Shown piece by piece: positions 8,120 through 17,665 of a DNA stretch of 32,000 nucleotides. A program made the position numbers and the translations under genes. Position 1 is the first letter of the stretch. Each line of letters begins with the position of its first letter. Source of the stretch: Ferroglobus placidus DSM 10642. GTDB lineage: Archaea; Halobacteriota; Archaeoglobi; Archaeoglobales; Archaeoglobaceae. The stretch covers positions 1,560,001 through 1,592,000 of the forward strand of contig NC_013849.1 of NCBI RefSeq assembly GCF_000025505.1, given 5' to 3'. The notes beneath the pieces are model-generated. The model did no database searches, was not told where the DNA came from, and saw nothing but the letters and a program-made list of their open reading frames with translations.

Positions 8120-9538
8120 ATGTTCGAAGTTACCGACAAAGATGCTATGGGAAGAATCGGAAAGCTGAAAACACCTCACGGCGTCGTGGAAACTCCAGCA
8201 TTGATGCCAGTGATAAACCCTAACATCGACTTCATCTCTCCTAAAGAGTTGAAAAAAATTGGGGCTGAAATTTTAATAACTAACTCCTACATAATTTACA
8301 GAACCGAAAAATTGAGGGAAAAAGCTGAAAAAGACGGAGTTCACGCTCTTCTCGATACGGATTTGCCTGTGATGACAGACAGCGGTAGCTATCAGCTATT
8401 GATGTACGGTGAAATCGAAGTTAGCAACGAGGAGATCGTGAAGTTTCAGGAAAAAATTAAGAGCGACATCGTCGTGCCTTTGGACATTCCCACTCCGCCG
8501 GATGCGGATTACTCCACTGCTTTAAAAGATCTTGAGGAGACGATAAAGCGAGAGAAAGAAGCAGCGGAAATGTACTCCGGAGAGGGGCTTTTAGCCCTCC
8601 CCATCCAAGGCTCCACCCACTGGGATTTGAGGGAAAAATCTGCTGAGGAGGCTGCTAAGATAGGAGGAGACGTTTATCCGATAGGTGGCGTTGTTCCTCT
8701 AATGGACGCGTATCGATTCGAAGACGTTGCGAGGGCAGTTCTTTCAGCAAAAACCAAGCTCCCTCCAAACAAACCTGTGCACTTGTTCGGAGCTGGACAT
8801 CCCATGGTTTTCGCGTTGTTCGTCGCTTTGGGCTGCGATCTTTTCGACTCTGCTGCTTACGCTTTATTCGCAAAAGATGACCGATATCTGACTCCTTACG
8901 GAACCGAAAAGCTATCCGAATTGAATTACTTCCCCTGTTCGTGCCCTATTTGCTTGGAATACACTCCGGAAGAGATGAGGAGGATGGAAAAGAGCGAGAG
9001 AGAGATTCTGCTCGGAAAGCACAACTTATACGTCAGTTTTGAGGAGATGAGGAGGGTGAAGCAGGCTATAAAGAACAACGAGCTTTTTGAGCTCGTTGAA
9101 AGAAGGATAAGGGCTCACCCTTACCTAATTCAAGCTTGGAGAGCTATAAAAGATTATTACGACCTTATGGAGAAGTACGACCCCTTCGCCAAGAAAGTTT
9201 TCTTTTACCTCGGAACTGAAAGCTGCTTGAGACCGGCTGTAAGAAGACATCAGGAGAGGGTTTTGAGGGTGAAGACAGATAAGAAGGAAATTGTTATCTC
9301 CTCGGATTACAGCGTAAAAGCCGACTTCTACTTAAAACCCCCCTTCGGAGTGGTTCCTGCTGAGCTCATGGAAAGCTATCCCGCCGGACACGCGGAAATT
9401 CCAGAAGACATCGATGAGGAAGCGTACAGGACGGCAGCAAAAGGCTTAAAGCTGTTCCTCGAAAAGCACAAGGATAAGAAGATCAGACTTGTTGTCGACG
9501 AGAAGTGGAGGAAGTTTTTGGATGACGTTCAGGCTTGA
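8120..9538 (+). CDS. tgtA: tRNA-guanine(15) transglycosylase (archaeosine biosynthesis)
   Basis: 472 aa. TPHGVVETPALMPVI, VMTDSGSYQLL, DIPTPPDADY, YPIGGVVPLMDAYRFEDV, zinc site PCSCPIC. Confidence 0.95.
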   Translation: MFEVTDKDAMGRIGKLKTPHGVVETPALMPVINPNIDFISPKELKKIGAEILITNSYIIYRTEKLREKAEKDGVHALLDTDLPVMTDSGSYQLLMYGEIEVSNEEIVKFQEKIKSDIVVPLDIPTPPDADYSTALKDLEETIKREKEAAEMYSGEGLLALPIQGSTHWDLREKSAEEAAKIGGDVYPIGGVVPLMDAYRFEDVARAVLSAKTKLPPNKPVHLFGAGHPMVFALFVALGCDLFDSAAYALFAKDDRYLTPYGTEKLSELNYFPCSCPICLEYTPEEMRRMEKSEREILLGKHNLYVSFEEMRRVKQAIKNNELFELVERRIRAHPYLIQAWRAIKDYYDLMEKYDPFAKKVFFYLGTESCLRPAVRRHQERVLRVKTDKKEIVISSDYSVKADFYLKPPFGVVPAELMESYPAGHAEIPEDIDEEAYRTAAKGLKLFLEKHKDKKIRLVVDEKWRKFLDDVQA

Positions 9539-11093
9539 AAAAAGGGACGGATTCGCCAGAGCCGGAGAATATAAAGAAGTTAAAACTCCGGCTTTAATCG
9601 ATTTGAGGGAAGATACGAGCTTGGAAGTTGAAGTAAAAGCTCCTGAATTTCTCGAAAAAATCGATCGAGAGCTTTACGAAGCGTACAATTTTGAGGGGGA
9701 AATAAAGATTCTCGTTCTTGAAGGTTTGAGCGAAAGGGAAAAGGTAGAAAAGATAGTCTCCTTTAGGTCTTTCAATTTATCTCCTCTTTACCTCCCAGGA
9801 GTTGCAACTCCTCAAAACGCTTTAATCTACGTCTACCTCGGCGCAGACTTTCTCGACAATCTTTTAGCTTTGAGAATGGCTTACGACGGAGTATACTTCA
9901 CTCCGGAAAGAAACTTCAGGCTTGAGAGTTTGAAAAGTCTTCCTTGCAGCTGTAAATTCTGCGAAGAGGTTGGAAGCTTCAAAGAGCTCAACAAGTTCGA
10001 AAGGTACGAATTTCTGGCGAATCACAACACGGAAGTGTTGAAGAGAGAAATTGAACTTGCGAGAAACCTAATTTTCTCGGAGGAAATAAGGGATGTCGTT
10101 GAAGCGAGATCAAAAATCGTTCCAGAAGCCGAGGTACTTTTGAGATACGCCGACAGAAACTACGAGGCTTTTGAGAAATACACTCCGGTTTTCAGGAAAT
10201 CTAAGCTTTATCCTACGACGGACTCTTCCTACAGAAGGGTAGAAGTCGCGAGATACTTCGAGAGGATGAGAAAAGTTTACTCCCCCAAGTCAAAAATCGC
10301 TCTCCTCCTCCCCTGCAGTGCGAAAAAACCTTATTTGCTCTCCAAGTCCCACAGAATCATAAGAGATAAGCTCGGAAAGGCTTTGAAAGGTGTTAACGAG
10401 ATTATAATTTCATCCCCCTTTGTTGCTCCGAGGGAGCTCGAGCTGATATATCCGATCGTCGCTTACGACACGCCAACAACCGGAGACTGGAGCGACTTCG
10501 AGATAAATTTCGTCGCTGAAAAGCTCTCACCTCTTCTCGAAAAGTTTGAAAAAGTCTACGCCTACCTCCACGGAGGATACAGAAAAGTTGCTGAAAAAGC
10601 TCAGAAAATTTCTGGCGTCGAAATAGAGTTCGTTGACGACTTGAACGAACTTAAGAGGAAGCTCGAAAGCGAAGAAAAGACGGATTTCGATTTGTATTCG
10701 GAGATGCTCAGACACATGTCCCTCTATCAGTTCGGTGTAGGGTTCGAGGGCAAAGCGAGAGGAAAGTATCCGGAGCTCAGGTTTTTCGGAAAAGGCTTGG
10801 CTGGGAGAGTGGACACGAACTACGGAATGCTCGACATATACGAAGAGTTCGCACATCGGCTTTTTGAGAAAGGGGTTTACACGATTAAAATCGACGAATT
10901 CGACCCAAAAGGAACGATATTCGCTGCCGGAGTTTTAGAGGCTGACGAAAGAATTCGACCGAACGATGTTGCGGTTTTTTACAACAGCGAAGTTATCGGA
11001 GTTGCACAAGCTGTTATGAGCGGGAGGGAAATGGAAGTTAGCGAGCAGGGAGTTGCTGCTATCGTCAGAAGAAAGTTTCATCGAAAGAGTTGA
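9522..11093 (+). CDS. arcS: Archaeosine synthase ArcS (TGT-like domain with C-terminal PUA)
   Basis: Start ATG 9522 (MTFRLEKRDGFARAG...). LPCSCKFCEE, LLLPCSAKKPYLLSKSHRII, YDTPTTGDWSDFE, C-terminal PUA-like VLEADERIRPNDVAVFYNSEVIGVAQAVMSG. Overlaps tgtA. Confidence 0.88.
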   Translation: MTFRLEKRDGFARAGEYKEVKTPALIDLREDTSLEVEVKAPEFLEKIDRELYEAYNFEGEIKILVLEGLSEREKVEKIVSFRSFNLSPLYLPGVATPQNALIYVYLGADFLDNLLALRMAYDGVYFTPERNFRLESLKSLPCSCKFCEEVGSFKELNKFERYEFLANHNTEVLKREIELARNLIFSEEIRDVVEARSKIVPEAEVLLRYADRNYEAFEKYTPVFRKSKLYPTTDSSYRRVEVARYFERMRKVYSPKSKIALLLPCSAKKPYLLSKSHRIIRDKLGKALKGVNEIIISSPFVAPRELELIYPIVAYDTPTTGDWSDFEINFVAEKLSPLLEKFEKVYAYLHGGYRKVAEKAQKISGVEIEFVDDLNELKRKLESEEKTDFDLYSEMLRHMSLYQFGVGFEGKARGKYPELRFFGKGLAGRVDTNYGMLDIYEEFAHRLFEKGVYTIKIDEFDPKGTIFAAGVLEADERIRPNDVAVFYNSEVIGVAQAVMSGREMEVSEQGVAAIVRRKFHRKS

Positions 11094-11178
11094 GCACCAA
11101 AATGCTGTGCTAAAGAACTTGTTCGTTAAATAGAAAGCTTAATATAATCTTCCGTCTTCCAAATTGAAGGGGATAGCC

Positions 11179-11766
11179 ATGAAAAAGTGGATAGCAGTTA
11201 CCTTAGTTATTCTCGCTGTTTTAGTTGCCGGCTGTGCAGAGGAGAAAGTGAAACCGACACCAACGCCAGAGGAAAAGAAGGAGACCCCTAAGGAGGAAAA
11301 AGCCACACCAGAAAAGAAGACTCCGACTCCAACTCCAGAAAAGAAAGAGACGCCAAAAGCGACGCCAACACCAAAACCTACTCCGAAGAAAGTTGAGGCT
11401 AAATCGCCGGTCGTCGAATGTACTGTATGTCACACGAAGTCTGTTGATTACAAACCTCACGTCAACGGAGGACAGCTCTGCGGTAACTGCCACGGCTGGG
11501 ATCCGCACAAGATTCACGTGGGACCGGGAACGATAAACCTTGACTGTAAGGTTTGCCACGGAACTCCTCCAAAGCTCGTCGTCCCCAAGCCGATTGAAGA
11601 GGGAAGAACTGTCTGTGAAAACTGCCACGCTTATCCAGACGCTGTAAAGCCGAGCTACGGCAACCTCGTTAACATCCACCTGCCGAGAGGAAAGTACTGT
11701 ACGGTGTGCCACGGAACAGATATTGCGGGAATCCACAAGGCTGCTGACAAGTTCGTAGAGCAGTGA
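11179..11766 (+). CDS. Predicted lipoprotein five-heme c-type cytochrome
   Basis: Signal peptide plus lipobox (LVAGC), long T/P/K/E-rich linker, then five CXXCH motifs: CTVCH, CGNCH, CKVCH, CENCH, CTVCH. ATG 11179 preferred over TTG 11164. Confidence 0.88.
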   Translation: MKKWIAVTLVILAVLVAGCAEEKVKPTPTPEEKKETPKEEKATPEKKTPTPTPEKKETPKATPTPKPTPKKVEAKSPVVECTVCHTKSVDYKPHVNGGQLCGNCHGWDPHKIHVGPGTINLDCKVCHGTPPKLVVPKPIEEGRTVCENCHAYPDAVKPSYGNLVNIHLPRGKYCTVCHGTDIAGIHKAADKFVEQ

Positions 11767-11769
11767 AGT

Positions 11770-12315
11770 ATGAAAAAGCTCTTTATAGCAATTTTTTTAA
11801 CCTCCCTATTACTTCTTTGTGCTGGTGAGAAACCAGAGGAAAAAGTAACTCCAGAAAAGAAAGAGACACCAAAAGCGACGCCAAAGCCCGAAAAAACACC
11901 GACAGAAGCAACACCTCTCCCGAGATCCGAGTGCGAGAACTGCCACAACAATCCGAAGAGGCAATACGTTCCTCAAGCTTACGATGTAAAAGGGCATAAA
12001 AACGCCGATTACTGCATTTCCTGCCATTTAAAAGATTACTTGAACGAAAGCAAAGAATTTATGCTCGAAAAACTTCACGAGAAGCACGTAACTCAGGCTG
12101 ATTGTAAAGTTTGTCATGAAGAGATAGGCAAGAGCGAGTGGGAATGTTTGAACTGTCACGGAAGCGATCCTTTTAAGCCGGGAAAAAATCTCGTGGACAT
12201 TCATAGGGTGAGAAACGTTCTCTGCGAGGACTGCCACGGAACAGATTACTTGAGGATACACTTAGAGAAAAAAGTACTCCCCTACGAAATTCCTCCGATT
12301 CCACCTAAGAGCTAA
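11770..12315 (+). CDS. Second predicted five-heme c-type cytochrome with N-terminal signal/lipid anchor and low-complexity linker
   Basis: MKKLFIAIFLTSLLLLCAGEKPEEK..., then CENCH, CISCH, CKVCH, CLNCH, CEDCH. Confidence 0.87.
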   Translation: MKKLFIAIFLTSLLLLCAGEKPEEKVTPEKKETPKATPKPEKTPTEATPLPRSECENCHNNPKRQYVPQAYDVKGHKNADYCISCHLKDYLNESKEFMLEKLHEKHVTQADCKVCHEEIGKSEWECLNCHGSDPFKPGKNLVDIHRVRNVLCEDCHGTDYLRIHLEKKVLPYEIPPIPPKS

Positions 12316-12337
12316 CTTTTAATTTTTTTGATCGAGG

Positions 12338-13615
12338 ATGTACTACGAAATAAGGGAGCTGAAAGCCAAGAGTTTTCAGGTAAGCCTCGAAAACGGGAAA
12401 GTCGAAAATGCCAAGTATTCGGAGTACAGCGGAAAGTCCTTCAGGGTTTTAAAAAACGGCTTTTGGGGATATTTCGTAGGAAATTTGAAGGATGAGGAGG
12501 GGTTAAAGAGGGCTGAAAAATTAGCTATTTTCGAGGCTGACTCGGAAGTCGACAGCACGCCCTTCGAAGGAAGCTTTATTTTCAAGCAAAAAAAGAAGCT
12601 TGAGGATGTAAGCGTCGAAGAAAAAGTTGAGTTTTTGAGGGAATTGGATAAAATTCTGAAAAGAGAAGGAATCGTAAGCAGGAAGCTCACGTACTTGGAA
12701 GTTTTTAGAAACGTCCGCATTAAGAACTCTTCTGGAGGGGAAGTGAGTTACGAGGTGCCGAGGTGCGGAGTTATAATTCAAGCTTACGCTAAGGGAGAAA
12801 CCCTCCAGTTCTACGGGGAGAGGTTGATGAGAGTCGGGGGCTTTGAGGTCGTCGAAAAAGCGTGTGAGGTTGCGGAAAAGGTAGCTGAGACAGTTCTAAA
12901 GCTAACGAAAGCTAAAACTCCTCCTTCCGGAAAGATGAAGGTCGTCATGGACCCGTCTTTAACGGGTGTTTTCGTTCACGAGGCTTTTGGGCACGCTGTA
13001 GAGGCTGACCATGTTTTACAGAACGCAAGCGTTCTTGCCGGGAAATTGGGGGAGAAGGTTGCTGACGAGAGCGTTACGATTTACGACGATCCCACTTTGG
13101 AGGAGTTCGGCTTTTTCCCCTTTGACGACGAGGGCTTTAAAGCTGAGAGGAAGACGATAGTCGAAGAAGGTGTGTTAAAGAGCTACTTGCATTCGAGGGA
13201 AACTGCGAAGAAGCTTGGTGGTAGAGCTGGAAACGGGAGAAGCGACGCTCTCGATTTTCCCATAGTCAGAATGAGCAACACCTTCCTCTCTCCTGGAGAG
13301 TATACTCTGGAAGAGCTTCTCGAGGAGGTTAAAGAGGGAGTCATCCTCTTCGGATCGAGAGGAGGAGAAACTAACCCAGCCACCGGCTACTTCCACTTCA
13401 ACACCAAGTACGGCTACATCGTGAGGAAAGGAGAGATTGAAGAAATGATAAGAGATGTCTCCCTCAGCGGAAACACCCTCGAAACTTTGAGGAGAGTTAA
13501 AGCCTCTAAAGATTTGGCTTTCGACCCGGGATTTTGCGGAAAAGCTGGGCAATTGGTTCCTGTGGCTGACGGAGGACCTTACACTCTTGTAGAAGCGTTC
13601 GTGGGAGGAGAGTAG
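12338..13615 (+). CDS. tldD: TldD-family metalloprotease
   Basis: 425 aa. HEAFGH (HExxxH) within VVMDPSLTGVFVHEAFGHAVEADHVLQ; YDDPTLEEFGFFPFDDEG; paired with a TldE-like gene immediately downstream. Confidence 0.9.
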   Translation: MYYEIRELKAKSFQVSLENGKVENAKYSEYSGKSFRVLKNGFWGYFVGNLKDEEGLKRAEKLAIFEADSEVDSTPFEGSFIFKQKKKLEDVSVEEKVEFLRELDKILKREGIVSRKLTYLEVFRNVRIKNSSGGEVSYEVPRCGVIIQAYAKGETLQFYGERLMRVGGFEVVEKACEVAEKVAETVLKLTKAKTPPSGKMKVVMDPSLTGVFVHEAFGHAVEADHVLQNASVLAGKLGEKVADESVTIYDDPTLEEFGFFPFDDEGFKAERKTIVEEGVLKSYLHSRETAKKLGGRAGNGRSDALDFPIVRMSNTFLSPGEYTLEELLEEVKEGVILFGSRGGETNPATGYFHFNTKYGYIVRKGEIEEMIRDVSLSGNTLETLRRVKASKDLAFDPGFCGKAGQLVPVADGGPYTLVEAFVGGE

Positions 13616-14818
13616 ATGTTCGATGCCTTCGACGCTTTCGAGGTTTACGAAGTAAAAAGCAAGTACTACTCGATTTCCATTGAGAAAAGCAGAATAAAGA
13701 ACGTTTCGGAAGAGATAGAGAATGGTTACGGAGTGAGAGTTATAAAAGATGGTAAACTCGCTTTTTCATCAGCAACGAACCTCGATAAATCTTTAGTTGA
13801 GAGGCTCGAAAAGCTCGTTAGAATATCCGAAGACGAACTTGACAGCTTTCCTTCTGTAGGAAAAAGGAGCGTTGGAGGTTTGTACGATAAGAGGCTTGAG
13901 GAAAACCCTCTGGAAGTTCTAAAGGAATCCTTCGAAACGATAGAGGCTGAGAGAAGCTGCGAAATAGCGAGCGGGATAATCGAGATAGAGGTTCTCGAGA
14001 GGAGAGTTCGGAACGATAGCGGAGAAGTTTCGGAAAAGGCTACGTTTTTCGCCGTTACGCTCGAAGCCGTCCACGAGAGAGGAAGCGCCTACGAATTTGA
14101 CGCAAGCAGAAGAGCTGATCTCGATCTTGAAAAATTAACGGAAAAAGTTTGCTCTCTGGCAGTAGACGACTCGAAAGCCAAGAAGGCTGAGAGAAAAGTT
14201 TGTGATGTGGCGTTATCTCCCTTAGCCTTTCATCAGCTACTCTACTTCTCCTTCTACCCATCCTTTAATGCAGAAAACGTCGTGAAAGGCAGAAGCGTTC
14301 TGACTGGAAGAAAGGGGGAAAGAATTATCGAAAAGATAACGATCTACGACGATCCAACGCTGGAAGGAAAGCTTTTTTCGTACTCCTTCGACGATGAGGG
14401 TGTTAAGGCTAAGAGAAAGACTCTCCTCGAAGATGGCATTCTCAAAGAATTTTTATGCGACTTCAAGCATTCGAAGATTCTCGGAGAAAAGGCTGGTAAC
14501 GCTTTCAGGGAAGACTTCGATTCTTTGCCGAAAATTCATCCCTCGAACGTCGTAGTTGATGTTGAAAAAGGTAGTTTTGAGGCGGACTTTTACGTTCACT
14601 CGTTCATAGGAGCTCACACGTCCAACCCTGTTAGCGGCGACTTTAGCTTGGAGTGCATGAACTCCTATCAGAATGGCGAGCCAGTTAGGGGGGCTATGCT
14701 TTACGGAAACGTTTTCGAACTCTTGAAGAAGGTTTCGTGCATGAGTAAAAACGTTAGGCAGGTTGAAAACACGATTTGTGGTGACGTGCTTTTTGAAAAT
14801 GTGGAGGTAAAAGCCTGA
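13616..14818 (+). CDS. TldE/PmbA-family protein
   Basis: 400 aa. VYEVKSKYYSISIEKSRIKNV..., TIYDDPTLEGKLFSYSFDDEGVKAKRKTLLEDGIL; lacks HExxxH as expected for TldE; adjacent to tldD. Confidence 0.85.
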   Translation: MFDAFDAFEVYEVKSKYYSISIEKSRIKNVSEEIENGYGVRVIKDGKLAFSSATNLDKSLVERLEKLVRISEDELDSFPSVGKRSVGGLYDKRLEENPLEVLKESFETIEAERSCEIASGIIEIEVLERRVRNDSGEVSEKATFFAVTLEAVHERGSAYEFDASRRADLDLEKLTEKVCSLAVDDSKAKKAERKVCDVALSPLAFHQLLYFSFYPSFNAENVVKGRSVLTGRKGERIIEKITIYDDPTLEGKLFSYSFDDEGVKAKRKTLLEDGILKEFLCDFKHSKILGEKAGNAFREDFDSLPKIHPSNVVVDVEKGSFEADFYVHSFIGAHTSNPVSGDFSLECMNSYQNGEPVRGAMLYGNVFELLKKVSCMSKNVRQVENTICGDVLFENVEVKA

Positions 14819-14840
14819 TCGAAAAGGATAAAACCTTTTC

Positions 14841-15857
14841 GTGGAATTTTTAAGTGTGGTAAGGGGGCTTGAGAGGTACGAGGCGATAAACAGGAATAAA
14901 GCCGTGGCTAAGTTTCAGCTCGCGAAAAGGCTTGAGGCTGAGAGAGGAGATTTCGAGACCCACGAGAAGTACAAGAAAGAGTTTCAAAAGTTTTTGGAGG
15001 AGGAAGGAGAAAACGTAAGAATTCTGGATAACGATCCTCCGGAGTACTCTTTTCTCGATTTAAAAATAGATCTGTTAATGGAAATGTTAAAGAGTTGCAA
15101 CTTCTGCGAGAGAAGGTGCGGAGTAAACAGATACGAGAAGCTCGGATACTGCAAAACCGGAGTCGAAAGCTACTACAGCAGTGAATTCCTCCACTTCGGA
15201 GAAGAGCCGGAGCTCGTACCTTCTCACACGATTTTCTTCAATCGATGCACTTTTTCTTGCGTTTTCTGCCAGAACTACGATATAGTTTACGACGACGACT
15301 ACAAAGTGGATCCAAAAGAATTGGCAGTTATGATCGACATAAGAAGAAGGCAGGGTAGCAGAAACGTTAATTTCGTCGGAGGGAATCCGGATCAGCACGC
15401 TCACACGATTCTCAAAATTCTGAGGGAGGTGAAGTCGAACATTCCCGTCGTTTGGAACTCGAACATGTACCACTCTTGGGAGCTGGGGAGGATAATTGAA
15501 GACGTCGTCGACGTGTGGCTCGGAGATTTTAAGTACGGAAATAACGAGTGCGCAAAGAAGTACTCCAACGTCAAAAATTACTGGGAAGTCGTGACGAGAA
15601 ATTTCTTAGAAGCTAAAAAGACTGGAGAACTCCTGATAAGGCATCTCGTTATGCCGAACCACATAGAGTGCTGCACCGCTAAAATCGTAAAATGGGTTTC
15701 TGAAAATCTCGGGAGGGATGTTAGATTCAACCTGATGTTCCAGTACTATCCGACTTTCAGAGCTTACGAATTTGAGGAGATATCAAGAAGGCTCAGCTGG
15801 GAGGAGATGAGGAGAGCGAAAGAGTTGGCTGAGAAATACTTAGATAACCTCGTCTAA
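14841..15857 (+). CDS. Radical SAM protein, pyruvate-formate-lyase-activase-like
   Basis: CNFCERRCGVNRYEKLGYCKTG followed by the radical SAM motif CTFSCVFCQNYDI; VNFVGGNPDQHAHTIL. The exact start may be a downstream GTG. Confidence 0.85.
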   Translation: MEFLSVVRGLERYEAINRNKAVAKFQLAKRLEAERGDFETHEKYKKEFQKFLEEEGENVRILDNDPPEYSFLDLKIDLLMEMLKSCNFCERRCGVNRYEKLGYCKTGVESYYSSEFLHFGEEPELVPSHTIFFNRCTFSCVFCQNYDIVYDDDYKVDPKELAVMIDIRRRQGSRNVNFVGGNPDQHAHTILKILREVKSNIPVVWNSNMYHSWELGRIIEDVVDVWLGDFKYGNNECAKKYSNVKNYWEVVTRNFLEAKKTGELLIRHLVMPNHIECCTAKIVKWVSENLGRDVRFNLMFQYYPTFRAYEFEEISRRLSWEEMRRAKELAEKYLDNLV

Positions 15858-16979
15858 CTCAACACCTCTTTTGTAGATTAGAGCTGCGAAAATCGTTAAT
15901 ATAGCTGCTACTTCGAAAATCAGCCTTACTCCAAAAACTCCTCCGCCCGCTAAATCGTAAATGATTCCAGAAATTACTGGTCCAATAGCTCTTCCGATAC
16001 TTTTCGAAGCCGACAGAACACCCATGTAGCTTCCTTCTAAGGATAGTTTTACCCCCTCATGAGCCACAAGAGAGCTTACAGCGGGAAGAGTTATCGCTGT
16101 TGAAACACCAAGAAGAATTGAGAGAAAAAGAACTTCGAAGTAATTTTCCACTCTAACTATCAAAAACAGCGAAACGGCTCCGATAAAACTTCCAAACCAC
16201 ACGGGCTTAACGAATCCGTATTTATCAGTTAAAATCCCGGATCTCATCTGAATCAGAGAAGAGGAAATTAAATTCGCGAAGAGCACCGCCCCTATCTGCG
16301 TCAAGCTCATTCCTATCGCCGAAAGATAAATTGGCAAGAAGCTCATAACGCTTCCTCTTCCCATCGAACTCAAAATTCGGTAAATTACCGCGGTGAACAC
16401 GCTTTTTGTGATCCTAATTCTCTTCTTTTCTCTTCTTTTCACAACGTTGCCTTCGGGAAATTTCAGCAGAGCTATCAAAAAGCTGAGAGCTGAGAATGCG
16501 CTCATCGCAAAGAAAGCAGATGAATATCCGAATTTGTCCGCAAAGACTCCTCCAATTAGCGGACCGAAAGCCATTCCAAGGAAAATCGAAGAATTCACGA
16601 TTCCCAAATTTTTCCCCAACTCGTTTTTATTCGAGATCGTAGCAACCTGAGCCATGGCAATAGGAATTACCATTGCTGAAGACGTTCCGTGAAGTATTCT
16701 CACTAAAAGCAGCTCCTCTTTGGTTTGAGAAAAAGCGTAAAGGATTGCGATGATCGTGTAGAGAATCAGTCCGGTGGAGAATATCTTCTTCCTGCTGAAT
16801 TTATCCGCTAAGTATCCAAAAAGCGGGAGCGAAAGAACTCGGGAAATCGAGAAGGACGCGAAGATTAATCCGATCCAAACTCCGGTCGCTTGAAGGTTTT
16901 CAGCTATAACGGGGAGGAGCGGAGAGATTATCCCCACTCCGAGCATTACCGAAAAGAGGGAGAGAAGAATGGAGATCAT
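15840..16979 (-). CDS. Major facilitator superfamily transporter
   Basis: 379 aa, many hydrophobic segments, LFGYLADKFSRKKIF, MRSGILTDKYGFVKPV. Confidence 0.85.
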   Translation of the reverse strand: MISILLSLFSVMLGVGIISPLLPVIAENLQATGVWIGLIFASFSISRVLSLPLFGYLADKFSRKKIFSTGLILYTIIAILYAFSQTKEELLLVRILHGTSSAMVIPIAMAQVATISNKNELGKNLGIVNSSIFLGMAFGPLIGGVFADKFGYSSAFFAMSAFSALSFLIALLKFPEGNVVKRREKKRIRITKSVFTAVIYRILSSMGRGSVMSFLPIYLSAIGMSLTQIGAVLFANLISSSLIQMRSGILTDKYGFVKPVWFGSFIGAVSLFLIVRVENYFEVLFLSILLGVSTAITLPAVSSLVAHEGVKLSLEGSYMGVLSASKSIGRAIGPVISGIIYDLAGGGVFGVRLIFEVAAILTIFAALIYKRGVELDEVI

Positions 16980-17338
16980 TTCAGCAAAGGAAGATTGCCC
17001 GTAACTTTATCTATTTTTTTGCTCTGCTCGGGACCAATAACTACTGCCGTAATCGTTCCCGGCGGTATTTCGGTTAAACCGGCGTCTCTCACGTAAGCAG
17101 CTGGCAATCCGAGGCTCTTAGCTTTCTCAAAAACCTTCATAAGCTCTTCGAGATTTTTCACCTTCAGAACTATCTTCTTTTGTCCCTCCATTTTCCACTT
17201 TTCCCTCGTTCTTTCATCCACTAATTCGTATCCCAAAATAGAAGCGTGAGCGACCTGAACAGCCAACTTCCCCCTCGAAAGATTGAGGTCTTCTCTCACA
17301 ACTATAACCTGCTTGTACTCACTCTCCTCCGAAGCCAT
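16976..17338 (-). CDS. pth2: Peptidyl-tRNA hydrolase (Pth2 family)
   Basis: YKQVIVVREDLNLSRGKLAVQVAHASI...KIVLKVKNLEELM...AAYVRDAGLTEIPPGTITAVVIGP. Confidence 0.93.
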   Translation of the reverse strand: MASEESEYKQVIVVREDLNLSRGKLAVQVAHASILGYELVDERTREKWKMEGQKKIVLKVKNLEELMKVFEKAKSLGLPAAYVRDAGLTEIPPGTITAVVIGPEQSKKIDKVTGNLPLLK

Positions 17339-17585
17339 AGGACTTTAATTCCTCCAGCGAAACCGGTTTAGATTTCTCTTCAAGCCAGAGCTCGCCGAAC
17401 TTTTTCGCTTCTTCCTCGTCGAAATCCGACACGTAAATTTTGTCCTCTTCGGTCTTCTCTATCGCTTCGAGAGGAATTCCGAGAAACTTGTCCTTAACTT
17501 TTATAACGAGCCTGTTTTTGTGTACGTCGATGCTCTCTCCTATTATTTCCCCGTTTTTCACTACGAATCTGCAGATCAAGTCCAT
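17319..17585 (-). CDS. Small conserved archaeal protein, possibly PRC-barrel-like, unknown function
   Basis: 88 aa. RFVVKNGEIIGESIDVHKNRLVIKVKDKFLGIPLEAIEKTEEDKIYVSDFDEEEAKKFGELW; overlaps the pth2 start. Confidence 0.6.
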   Translation of the reverse strand: MDLICRFVVKNGEIIGESIDVHKNRLVIKVKDKFLGIPLEAIEKTEEDKIYVSDFDEEEAKKFGELWLEEKSKPVSLEELKSYGFGGE

Positions 17586-17665
17586 GTGATTCGTTGAAGG
17601 TTTAAAGATAAATTCTTTACGGGAGTTTCAGCAAGTTTATTATTCGAAAGCAGAAGTTGACTGCG

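Noticed and set aside
11221-12261. Minus-strand ORFs opposite the two multiheme cytochromes
   Set aside because: Antisense artefacts of the low-complexity linkers and heme-motif codons.
14841-15857. Radical SAM gene as part of a RiPP or other specialised modification system
   Set aside because: No precursor peptide, partner maturase or transporter cluster is next to it. TldD/TldE upstream can process peptides in some systems, but both families are common stand-alone archaeal genes. I searched the gaps at 14819-14840 and around it and found no small ORF candidate.
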